Shown here: positions 11,202 to 20,966 of the stretch, in pieces
Position numbering within the stretch: position 1 is the first letter of the stretch
Layout of the letters: the number at the start of each line of letters is the position of its first letter
NCBI GenBank assembly: GCA_048772705.1
Contig: JBLWGC010000211.1
Location: 42,795-106,794 of the forward strand
Source: Leidyana gryllorum EB-2025a
Lineage: Eukaryota > Protista > Apicomplexa
Length of the DNA: 64,000 nucleotides
Direction of reading: 5' to 3'
Notes under the pieces: generated by a model
Databases searched by the model: none
What the model saw: the letters and a program-made list of their open reading frames with translations, nothing else
What the model was told of the DNA's origin: nothing
Made by a program: the position numbers and the translations under genes

Positions 11202-12518
11202 ATGACACTTATTGTCGGACGGATTGCAACTACGCTGCTCTTCCTGAATCTCGGGTTTGCGGTCGGGGTGTGGGTTAGCTCAATACCCGACTTGAAGGAA
11301 GCCTTCAATTTGAATGGCAGTCAGCTCGGGTTCATGATTTTCCTCTCCGGAATCGGAGCAGGCGGAATGGCCTTTCCGTTCGGATGGGCTATCGACAAGT
11401 TTGGTCCCCAAGCGATCGTCTATTGCAGTTTCGTAGTTAGCCAACTGCTCTATATGTGGCTACCGAAGATAGCAGCGGCTGGTTTCAGACCCTACGCGTA
11501 CTTGTTTCTACTCAGTGTTACATCGGCGGGCGGCGGTATAGCCATGAATACGCGGGCCAGCGAAGTCGAGGTTCTCTGGGGTTCGCCCGTGATGTCCAGC
11601 TTCCACGCCGCGTTCAGTCTGGGGGGTGTCCTTGGGTCTGCGCTGTATGCGGGTCTATTGAAACTCGGGCTAACATGGCCCGCTGCATATCCTATGCTGT
11701 GCCTATTTACTGCTTGCACAACCTTCACTGCCGCCTCCTTCATGAATAGCGGCGTAGATAGATCCCTAATCCTCCGCGAGCCCTGCACTCCCATCTCGCC
11801 CACCTCCTGGCGCAGCTACGTGGATATCGTTGTGCTGTGTCTGGGCTGTATCAATTTTCTCGCCATGATGACTGAGGGCGCTATTGGCGACTGGACGTCC
11901 CTATATTTTCAAGAGGTGGCTCACACGCCGCCCTACATGGCCCCCTTGGGCTACACCAGCTACGCATGTGCTATGGCGTCCCTTCGATTCATGGGCGACC
12001 TCATTATTGGCCGATTCGGACGCCGGAACGTCTTTAGAGCGGGCGGCGCGTTGGCCTTCTGTGGCTTGGCCACCATGCTGACCTTTCCCTACTTCAAGCC
12101 GGACCTAGTTGCTCTCGTCCTAGTGGGCTGTGGAATGTCCAACATGGTGCCTATCGTCATGTCAAGTGCAGCAGCTCGAGGAGGCCGAGACGGGCCCGGC
12201 TTGGCCATTGCTACTGCCTCAGTCATGGGCCAAGTGGGACTCCTCGCTGGCCCCTGCATCATTGGCTTCCTCGCTGACTACGCCGGAACCTTGCGGATAG
12301 CTCTCTGCACCTTGCTCGGGACTACTCTCTTGATCATGGCTGGGGCAGGGCTGGTGGTGGAGGTGAAGCCTCTCCCCACCTCAGATACGCAGAACATTGA
12401 GATTCTCATTGACCCAGCTGAATGCATGAGCTCTTCGAACGTTGCTTATGCTGCCTACGAAGACATGGGAGGAGAAGCGAGTACGCGAGCACCCAGCTTC
12501 GCAGCCCTTCAAAAGTGA
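11202..12518 (+). CDS. Major facilitator superfamily transporter, YbjJ-like, intronless
   Basis: About 12 hydrophobic segments, a loop motif GWAIDKFG repeated as GDLIIGRFGRR, and the motifs MSSFHAAFSLGG and EGAIGDWTSLY typical of bacterial YbjJ-type MFS proteins. Confidence 0.88.
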   Translation: MTLIVGRIATTLLFLNLGFAVGVWVSSIPDLKEAFNLNGSQLGFMIFLSGIGAGGMAFPFGWAIDKFGPQAIVYCSFVVSQLLYMWLPKIAAAGFRPYAYLFLLSVTSAGGGIAMNTRASEVEVLWGSPVMSSFHAAFSLGGVLGSALYAGLLKLGLTWPAAYPMLCLFTACTTFTAASFMNSGVDRSLILREPCTPISPTSWRSYVDIVVLCLGCINFLAMMTEGAIGDWTSLYFQEVAHTPPYMAPLGYTSYACAMASLRFMGDLIIGRFGRRNVFRAGGALAFCGLATMLTFPYFKPDLVALVLVGCGMSNMVPIVMSSAAARGGRDGPGLAIATASVMGQVGLLAGPCIIGFLADYAGTLRIALCTLLGTTLLIMAGAGLVVEVKPLPTSDTQNIEILIDPAECMSSSNVAYAAYEDMGGEASTRAPSFAALQK

Positions 12519-12528
12519 ATTTTTCGCC

Positions 12529-13917
12529 ATGTCAGTATTGGTAGAGACCTCAGTTGGTGACTTGACCATTGATTTGTTCGTCGATGACGCTCCACTCATC
12601 GTTACAAACTTCCTAAAGCTCTGCAAGATCAAATACTACAACAACTGCATATTCCATCACATCGAACAAGACTTTGTTGCCATCTGTGGTACCGAAAAAG
12701 GCGCTGGCTTAGTCGCTCCACGCAATAAGGATGACAATGTATCGGGACCCACAGTCTGGGGCCTCCTCGACCAACGATTTGCGGGCCTCTTCGATGACAA
12801 ACCTGAGGAACAGTACGTAAAGTACCTCCCAGACTCAATTTCGGACAAGTATAAGCATGACCGCGTCGGGATAGTCGCCACTGCCAATGAGCGCCACCAT
12901 CAAAACGGAGCCACCTTCTACATCACGCTGGCCAAAAATCTGAGCTCCCTCAACGGCAAACACACCATCTTTGGCATCGTCGTCGAAGGCATTGATGATG
13001 TGCTCCGCACCATCAACAAAATACCCGTTGACGAGCGTCACAGACCCCTCCAACCCGTCCGAATCCGCCACACACTCGTCCTTGAAGACCCTCTACCGGA
13101 TCCACCACATCTCAAAAGACTGGTGCCCTCCCGATCACCCACTCCTGTCCGTGATGCCAAGCTTTCAACCCTCCGTACCAAGGACGACGAATTGAGAGTG
13201 CTGGAACGCATCAGTGAAGGAGAAGCGCGCTCCCGCGCGATCGCCCTGGAGATCTTGGGCGACATACCCGATGCTGACATGAAACCCCCCGATAATGTGC
13301 TCTTCTTGTGCAAGTTGAATTCCTACACGGAAGAGGAGGACCTCAAAACTATATTCAGCCAGTACGTCATCGCTGTGTTCGTTCGTAAACATACACACTA
13401 TCTTTCAGGTTCGGCAAAATACTGTCATGCAACATCATTCGCGACTGGAAGACAGGCGACTCCCTTCAATACGGATTTATCGAATTTGAAGACGTCAAAT
13501 CATGTGAAACAGCGTACTTCAAGATGCAAGACGTGCTCATTGATGATCGCAGGTAACCATTCCTTTCTCTGTGGCCTTCTCCATACGTTTCCCAGGATCC
13601 ACGTCGACTTCTGTCAATCAGTCTCTCGGCAATGGTTCCAGAGTCAGCGTGCGGGTAATCGGGGGACCAGACAGGACTTTATGGACATCCAACAATTGGT
13701 GGATGGACATGCTGCCAACGGGCCCCCGGCCAAACGGCCAATCACCGAGCGACCCCGCATCGACAAAGGCCCTTACCATTCGGGTCGAAACCATCGAGAC
13801 GCTGGGTCTCGCGATCGGGGTCGGGACAGAGAACGCGATCGTGATAGGGACCGCGACCGCCACCGCCATTCCAGATCTCACGACCGATATCGGGATCGCA
13901 GAGACTATCCCGCATAA
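12529..13917 (+). CDS. PPIL4: Cyclophilin-RRM protein (PPIL4/CYP59/Rct1)
   Basis: [17 protein letters not shown]...[37 protein letters not shown], an RRM split by two short introns, and an RD-rich tail. Confidence 0.93.
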   Translation: MSVLVETSVGDLTIDLFVDDAPLIVTNFLKLCKIKYYNNCIFHHIEQDFVAICGTEKGAGLVAPRNKDDNVSGPTVWGLLDQRFAGLFDDKPEEQYVKYLPDSISDKYKHDRVGIVATANERHHQNGATFYITLAKNLSSLNGKHTIFGIVVEGIDDVLRTINKIPVDERHRPLQPVRIRHTLVLEDPLPDPPHLKRLVPSRSPTPVRDAKLSTLRTKDDELRVLERISEGEARSRAIALEILGDIPDADMKPPDNVLFLCKLNSYTEEEDLKTIFSQYVIAVFVRKHTHYLSGSAKYCHATSFATGRQATPFNTDLSNLKTSNHVKQRTSRCKTCSLMIAGNHSFLCGLLHTFPRIHVDFCQSVSRQWFQSQRAGNRGTRQDFMDIQQLVDGHAANGPPAKRPITERPRIDKGPYHSGRNHRDAGSRDRGRDRERDRDRDRDRHRHSRSHDRYRDRRDYPA

Positions 13918-13929
13918 TAGTCTGAGCCC

Positions 13930-15072
13930 TCAACGACGTTTGGCCTCCTTACGCACCGCAAAAGAGTCCCCCGTGGCCCACTGGTCCTGCGAAACCACCA
14001 TATGAGCATAAGGGGTACTCCCACTTGACGGACTTACAAATGCATAAGCTTCCCGCTCCTTCCGCATGACATTCTCGCGATGTCGTGCCTCACGATCACG
14101 ACCACCCATCCATTGCATGTCCTCTGTATATAGGACGCTCTTGTCCTTCAATAACGTAACATTGAGTAGAAGATAGTATGAAAATAGTACCTGATGCTTC
14201 CCGCCCTTGGGAATCGCTTGCTTGAAGATAGTTCCACGCAGACGTGGCTGCCCTTTGCTGATGTATACTGTGCGCTTTCCATTGTGATCTGTGAAAACGG
14301 GAACTCGACGCATTGTCTGGTGCCCACAAGAAGCGCAAAACTTGTTGTCACCCCGCTCTGACAACTTCTTGCAACTCCTGATTGTGACAAACAAATGTGG
14401 TCTTACAATCTGTTATGGTACTTACGTGCAAACTTGCGTCCATTGCTTCAGACGAGTGATACGCTTCCCAGTAGGTGTCGTGATAGCAATCCCAGACAAG
14501 AGTAATACGTTTTGAATTGCAAAGTCTCCAGTTATGCATGAGACCGCAGCAGGAGCGTCTTCAACTTGTTTCGTTCTGCTCTTGCTGAATTGGAAATTCT
14601 CAGCCGTCATCCATTCCCCGTTACCATCATCTTCATCGTAGCCTGGAGCAATACCACTTTCAACCGCAATTGGACTGCTGTCCATTTGCGCGTCAATCGA
14701 ATCACGCTCCTGACGTTTCCGAGCTGGAGGCTGAGTCACCGTCAGTGCTTCTCGCACGTCTTGCTCGGACCGTAAAGGCTCTCCTATCAACTTCTGATGA
14801 TACACTGCCAATGCAGCAACCAGTTTGTCAACCGTCGATAGAGCCCCCAGGTCTCCGCTCAGCTGTGCTATCTGCTCCACATATTTGATAGCTGCTTCAT
14901 CTGGCTGTTCCACATGCAAAAAGGAACCCATCACTTCCAGATGCTCTCTCCCGCGCCCATCCTTGACTTCTTGAAGTACCTGGCCAGGGCATACGTATTT
15001 GACCGTCGGATCGAAGAAATTCCCGTGACGCACAATGGCGCCAGTATCTACGACTACCACCCTTTCTGCCAT
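13930..15072 (-). CDS. NOB1: 20S pre-rRNA endonuclease NOB1
   Basis: PIN domain VVDTGA...EVKD...GDLGALSTVD, then GEWMTAEN, TGDFAIQNVLL and the Zn ribbon FCASCGHQTM; three short introns. Confidence 0.93.
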
Positions 15073-15138
15073 CCGTGTTCAGCAATTTTTAGGGATTTTC
15101 GCAACCATATTCAACCAATCATTGACTAGATAGCCGAG

Positions 15139-15148
15139 CACACGTGTG
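15139..15148. promoter_or_regulatory. Palindrome CACACGTGTG upstream of the subtilisin ATG (other non-coding copies at 19397-19406 and 26948-26957)
   Basis: Exact 10-mer recurring 16-48 nt upstream of three start codons. Confidence 0.45.
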
Positions 15149-15174
15149 TTTGCCGTTAACTGATCAGTCAGTTA

Positions 15175-17474
15175 ATGATGCTAGTGCATTTTTCACTTCT
15201 TATATCTATCGCTATTGCATCAGCACATCAACAGGCGACTACTCGACGATTATCAGCTGAAACTGAAGCTTTAGTCAATTCACGGTTGATCTTTGTCTAC
15301 GACGATGGTGAATGCCGCGAATTAGAGGGCCTTCAGGAATATGGACCAAACTTCGAAGTGCCAGGCGATATGCCCTATCACCGGATGCGCGCACTGGGTG
15401 AACTGGAGCGTCGTATCACGGAACAGTGGAAAGAACGTGCGGACTACCGGGATCGCACTCGGTCCCTCGAACAGATATCCCACCCGCCTGCCGTGCGCAC
15501 TGTTTATCTTGAAGCTTTACAAATGGAGATAGCCAATGTACCTGAGGGTATGTCCCTCCGAGATCTTGAACAGATAGCACATGACTTGCCGTGTGTGAAA
15601 TTCGTATCCCGAGACGATGTGAAATTCGCTGAACCAGAACCAGTAGAAAATGTTGACGCAGACCTCCTATTGAAGAATCAAGACGAAGATCGGAGCACAG
15701 AGAGCTACCAAAGCGGTCCTCCATCGGATCCCCTCTGGCGATATCAATGGGGCTTACAAAAGGGTGACGAGGACAGTTATGGGATCAATGCAGAAGCTGT
15801 ATGGAATGATTATGATTGGAGGGGATCTCCGAATATGGTGATAGCCATCATTGATTCCGGATGCAACCTCAATCATCCAGATATGACCGGGAAGTTCTGG
15901 CGGAACCCTGGCGAAACGGATTGCAATGATGGAATTGATAATGATGGCAACGGCTTCATCGATGATTGCTGGGGCTGGGATTTCGTGGAGGAGGACAACG
16001 AACCTCAGGCAAAAGGAACTTCCCATGGAACTGCAGCCGCAGGAATCATAGCTGCTCGATCCAATAATACCGAAGGAGTTGTTGGCGTTTGTTGGGAATG
16101 CCAGCTGATGTGCTTGAGATTCATATCGAACACTGAAGGCACTGTGGCTAACGAGGTCCGGGCCATCGACTACGCTGTCCGCATGGGAGCAAAGATATCG
16201 AACAATTCTTACGGAGGATATGCTCACTCGTAAGTATACCTGATCTACAGATCGCATTCTCCCTTAGGGGTAGCCGAGTTGAACAAGAAGCCATAGAGCG
16301 GGCCAATAAGAAAGGACACCTATTCGTCACCTCTGCGGGCAATAATAATATCGGCACAGATGCTTCGGAGTGAGTTGGGATGATTTGCTGGCACATCACT
16401 CCTTGCAGGTACATCCATACACCCTCAGGGTACCCTGTTGCAAACATTCTTGCTGTTGGGGCATCTACCGAGAGCGGTCGCAAGACCTCTTTTTCCAATT
16501 GGGGAGCCCAAACCGTACACATGTTCGCGCCTGGTCGAAATGTCATTTCGACTGGTCGTGATGGTTATCTCATCAATCAAGGAACTAGCTTCGCTGCTCC
16601 ACATGTGGCCGGGGTTGCTGGATTGATATGGTCGAAATTCCCTCAATTGTCGTCTGACGACATTGTCAGTGTGTTGATGGACTCCTGTCGAACAGCTGTC
16701 AATTTGAGTGAGTTAAGAACGGGTGATCTTGGAACACATAGACTTGTCAGAGGGTTTGGCCAAGTGTGGCGGAGTTGTCAATGCTGAGCTGGCGTTCCGA
16801 AGGGCAGAGCAGTTGGCAATGGAGAAGGACGAACAGACGGCAAGAAACGGTGCTTCCGTTCCGTCGGTTACATACTCCACGATTCAGGATACACTACGTA
16901 AGCTACCTTCCATACTACGACCTGTTATTACTGCTATCTCTCGAATGCCCCCTCTGGGCCCTCCTATAACTTTTCCGGGGGAGGCGGCGCTGAAAGATGC
17001 TTTCGACCAAGGCTTACTGCCTCCCAGTCGTCGTCGTCCCCTGGCTGCTCTACCAATGCCAGTCTTTCCACCAATCACCGCTCCAACCTTTCCACCACTC
17101 TCCGCATCATCTTTCCAATTGCCAAGTTGGCCTACCTTGACGCCATTGAATCCCGTCGCTGTACCGCCTTTGCCAGTTCTTGGAGTTCAGGAAAGCAATG
17201 ACGACATCACCGGTTTTGATTCGACTGCGGCGGGCAAGGAACACTCAGGAGACTACGACTGGCAGCGGCTATTCGACTGCAAATTGTTTGCTGGTCGTGA
17301 GCACTGCCGCTACATCGGAGATCGTAAGTCGGAGGGTGTCCGGGTAGCCCGGGCGGAACGAATGCTGAAGCTAAAAGGCAGCTGAACAAGGAGACCAAGG
17401 AGCGGTGCGGGTGGAACTGGACTATACATACGTGTGACTTCGCTCTACTCTTTTACCTACTGTCTGCCTTTTGA
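15175..17474 (+). CDS. Secreted subtilisin-like serine protease (S8); 3' end uncertain
   Basis: Signal peptide and catalytic triad IIDSG / HGTAAAG / GTSFAAPHVAG, plus DNDGNGFIDD and SAGNN; several short introns; Pro-rich C-terminal extension. Confidence 0.9.
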
Positions 17475-17482
17475 GATGAGTA

Positions 17483-18538
17483 TTGCTTACAGAAGATGGA
17501 GATGGGTTGGAGGTTGCCCCACCTGCGGTGGTTGCATTCTCCCCTCTCCCTATTACGTCTGAGCCTGATCTGCAGGCACACGTCACTGGAGCCGCCCCTC
17601 CTCCGCCCCCAGTGGTGTTGGGCGGTGGAAGAATTTCAGCGTCCGCGAATCCAAATACGTTGGCAGGGTGGTTCTCCAATCTGGTACTCAGCCCCACCCC
17701 CCCTAGCGGAGTCACGAACGTCTTGAATAGCTTGAGAGCTGGTGGATGGGGGATGAGCGCGCCACTATCCGAGAGTCATGGCCACCATAATGTGCGAGTC
17801 GCGGGCGTTGGTCAGGTGCGTTTCTTACAGCTTTGTCTCCCCACTTGCCACTAGGTACCCACCGAGGGCCATACTTCGTTGGCTGTGGATTTGTTGAACA
17901 GCACTGGTATTAGCGTCAATCCGAGTGAATTGGCTCTTGATCCGTATGCGGCTTACGCTGGAGGTGTCACAGCTTCGCTGCCAGCTACTTACGGGGATCT
18001 CTGGGCACCAGGTATTAGAGCCTCCACCTTGGCGCATGGCGGCGCTCTCACTGACTGGCTCCCAGTTGCACGACGGATTGCCCGTGCTCCCTTCAATGGC
18101 GTTCTCGACTTTGTGTCGGCGGGAATGCAGCGCTTCCCTCATCACGCAGTATCGAGGCACATGGATACCAGCGGAGGACTGTATTCCTTTGTTCCACCCC
18201 ACTACATGATCGGCAATAATGGCCTATCGGCCTTATATCCATTCACGTCCCCTTTTCTGAGTGGATTCGCAGTTGGCGACAACGAGAATCTGCTAGAAAC
18301 AGTGCTACGGGAGACCGAAGGTGACGATGAGAAGCGAATACAGTGGAACGACGACGACCTGACTGCATTCGTGGATTTCGAGAAGTATCTAAGCCTCGGG
18401 GCACGACAGAGTCGAGGAATTGAGAACTACGTTGTCGCAAGTGAGGACTGTGTAGATGCCGCGTTCGAGGAGTCTGGACCAGAGCTCCCGATCTTAGAGA
18501 CCTCGGCAACTTTCTTCTTAAAGTTGTTGAGGAAGTGA
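17483..18538 (+). CDS. Hypothetical protein exons, either a separate gene or a distal part of the subtilisin
   Basis: ORFs 17483-17854 and 17879-18538 join via intron 17816-17854. There is no clear ATG, but a phase-1 donor at 17324 could splice in frame to the acceptor at 17492. Confidence 0.45.
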
Positions 18539-18570
18539 AGGTGTTGCTAGTTAGTTATTTTTCATGAACT

Positions 18571-19380
18571 TCACTTAAGAGAAGGTGGTAGAGAAACGTT
18601 CGATGCTGCTGGTCCCGAGGAAGCTGGTACCCGACTGCCTGTTTGGGTTGTCGATTGAGGACTTGACGGTCGTTGTACTGGGACGATCTGCTGCGCAGGA
18701 CTGGGAGTCGGATGTGTTGGGGTGGACACTGGCACTCGTTGAGTAGTTTCAGCGATAAGTGGGCGTTTTTGAGACGTAGTCGCAATGGGAGCAGGACGGG
18801 GACGTGATTCTGCGACAACGGTCTGAGACGTTGCAAGACCGGCTGGCCTTGTTTCAGCAAGAACAGGTCGGGGAGGTGAGAGGGGAGTCGACGCTGGTCC
18901 GGGCAACCGGTATGCTGGTGTCGCTACAGGTGATGAAACTGGTGCTTGGTAGGCCGGTTGGGCTGGAGGCACAACCGGCGTAGATTGGGGAGCGTCAAAT
19001 GGCAGGGTGGGAGCTATTGCAGGCGTGGTGAGCGCCAGCGAATTTGTTTCGCCAGGCGGCAGGAGGAAGGGGTACTGCCATGCTCGCTTCAGTGGCTCTA
19101 AGAAATTGAATGCCGGTCCTGTGTTGATGGGAGACAGAGGGGGAAACCAGTCAGGCAGCGGTCGGGGGGGCGGTGGAGGGATCGGAGGGGCAAAGTGTGT
19201 GTCTTGGCCGAATGTGGTCGGATAGAAGTAGGCTACCCTCAAATGCGGAGGCGGTAGCCTCAACGGAGCCAAATTCCAGTTCTTCGGCCTGAGCATTCTC
19301 AAAGGTGATGGTGCTTCCTCATTGGTGGCGATCTGTGCTGCGGAAATAGCGATAAGGCAGGAAGATGTGTACCTGAACAT
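18571..19380 (-). CDS. Pro/Thr-rich protein with a putative signal peptide
   Basis: MFRYTSSCLIAISAAQIA followed by a long Pro-rich ORF. Confidence 0.6.
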   Translation of the reverse strand: MFRYTSSCLIAISAAQIATNEEAPSPLRMLRPKNWNLAPLRLPPPHLRVAYFYPTTFGQDTHFAPPIPPPPPRPLPDWFPPLSPINTGPAFNFLEPLKRAWQYPFLLPPGETNSLALTTPAIAPTLPFDAPQSTPVVPPAQPAYQAPVSSPVATPAYRLPGPASTPLSPPRPVLAETRPAGLATSQTVVAESRPRPAPIATTSQKRPLIAETTQRVPVSTPTHPTPSPAQQIVPVQRPSSPQSTTQTGSRVPASSGPAASNVSLPPSLK

Positions 19381-19406
19381 TGGGTATATGTGGACACACA
19401 CGTGTG

Positions 19407-20018
19407 CTATCCTTGAACTATTCGTTTGACGATGGCATCGATGGATAGTTGACTGTCGGGGGTGAGTGGAGCAGAGCGTCCAGCAGAGTCCGAATGTATC
19501 AGGCCGGCAAATGCCAAGATCTGTTGATGGGTCGGTTTGAAGATTTGGCCTGCTCTTATCATGTAGTGGACAAACTCCTTGAGGGATATGTTGGGCCTCT
19601 TATTGGTTATGTACAACAAGGCGTTTCTAACTTCTGCAGCAACAGTGACATCGTTATATTTGGCAGCAGCAGCCAAGTATTGGACGTCATCTAGGGGAAA
19701 TCCTCCCCTGACCTCAAAATCATAAGCCAGGGCTTTCTGTTCAAGTGGGGACACGCGTCGGCCAATCGCGCTCATGAGGAGGCACAGTTCAGTGTAGGTA
19801 ATTTCCTCGTTCCGGTTGCCTTTGAGGCGGCTCAGTTCACTTAGTATGGGTGATGATTTAGTAGGGTAGGGTGGCTTCTGTCGGTTGGCCTTCAGAAGGC
19901 GTTGCCGGCGTTCAAGGGTAGCTTTGAACGCATCGGCGACGTCTTTTTGCTAGTTAGATCATGGTTCAGACAATGTTTGGAGTGAACTTACGCGTGCTTT
20001 GGAATTGCCTGGAAGCAT
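19407..20018 (-). CDS. Hypothetical protein, possibly degenerate EF-hand (calmodulin/MLC-like)
   Basis: MLPGNSKAR is spliced (gtaagt...ctag) to an open frame containing EITYTELCLLMSAIG and ISLKEFVHYM. Confidence 0.45.
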
Positions 20019-20074
20019 TGGAGCACTGTTTGAAGGTGCATGACAGTGTCAAGCTGGAGGGAAAAAAAAAGTAG

Positions 20075-20807
20075 ATGAGTCGGCTGTTGGGGGGTGCATT
20101 GCCCGAAATCAGTCCTTTGTATGAGCGAAACCAGGAAGCTACATTATATGTAGGTAATCTGGATGCTCGTGTGGACGAGGATATTCTTTGGGAGCTATTC
20201 ACTCAATGCGGGCCTGTCAAGAATGTTCATGTGCCACGTGATAAAATCACCGGGATGCATCAAGGTGGGGTGCTGTGGCGGTTCAGCGTGTAATTGGGCT
20301 CTGACTTATGGCAGGTTACGGATTTGTGGAGTTTCAGTACGAGTTGGATGCTGAGTATGCAATGAAAGTGATGGCGCCTGTAAAGCTATTTCAAAAGCTG
20401 CTGAGAATAAATAAAGCCGCCCAGGACAAGCGGCAATTTGAGGTGAGTCCGGCGGCGGGAAGTAGGTTATGGCGCATTCTGAATGTCAGGTGGGGGCGAA
20501 CCTGTTTGTGGGCAACTTGGATCCGGACGTTGATGAGAAGAAGTTATATGATACATTTTCGTCCTTTGGTACCATATTGACGACAAAGATAATGCGGGAT
20601 GCGGACACGGGTGAAAGTCGTGGGTTCGGTTTCGTGAGTTTCGATACGTTCGAGGCGTCCGATTTGGCATTATATTCGATGAATGGGCAGTTCCTGTGGA
20701 ACCGACCTGTTCATGTATCATATGCCTACAAGAAGGATACGAAGGGCGAGCGTCATGGGTCAGCGGCTGAACGGCTGATTGCAGCAAATCGTGTTGGAGT
20801 TGAGTAG
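20075..20807 (+). CDS. SF3B4: Splicing factor 3B subunit 4 (SAP49/HSH49)
   Basis: [14 protein letters not shown], two RRMs, [19 protein letters not shown]; two introns. Confidence 0.96.
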
Positions 20808-20966
20808 CAACGGAGTCGTAATCCAATCGGGCAGCAGCTAATTGTAGTTAGGCAATGCAGCAATGTCGAGGATCTAATAAAGTTGGTCTTTTAGCATTTT
20901 TGGTGCCAAGCTGGTTCGCCCGGGCAGGCGGGCAATTCTTCCTACTCTATACCAAACGACTAAACT

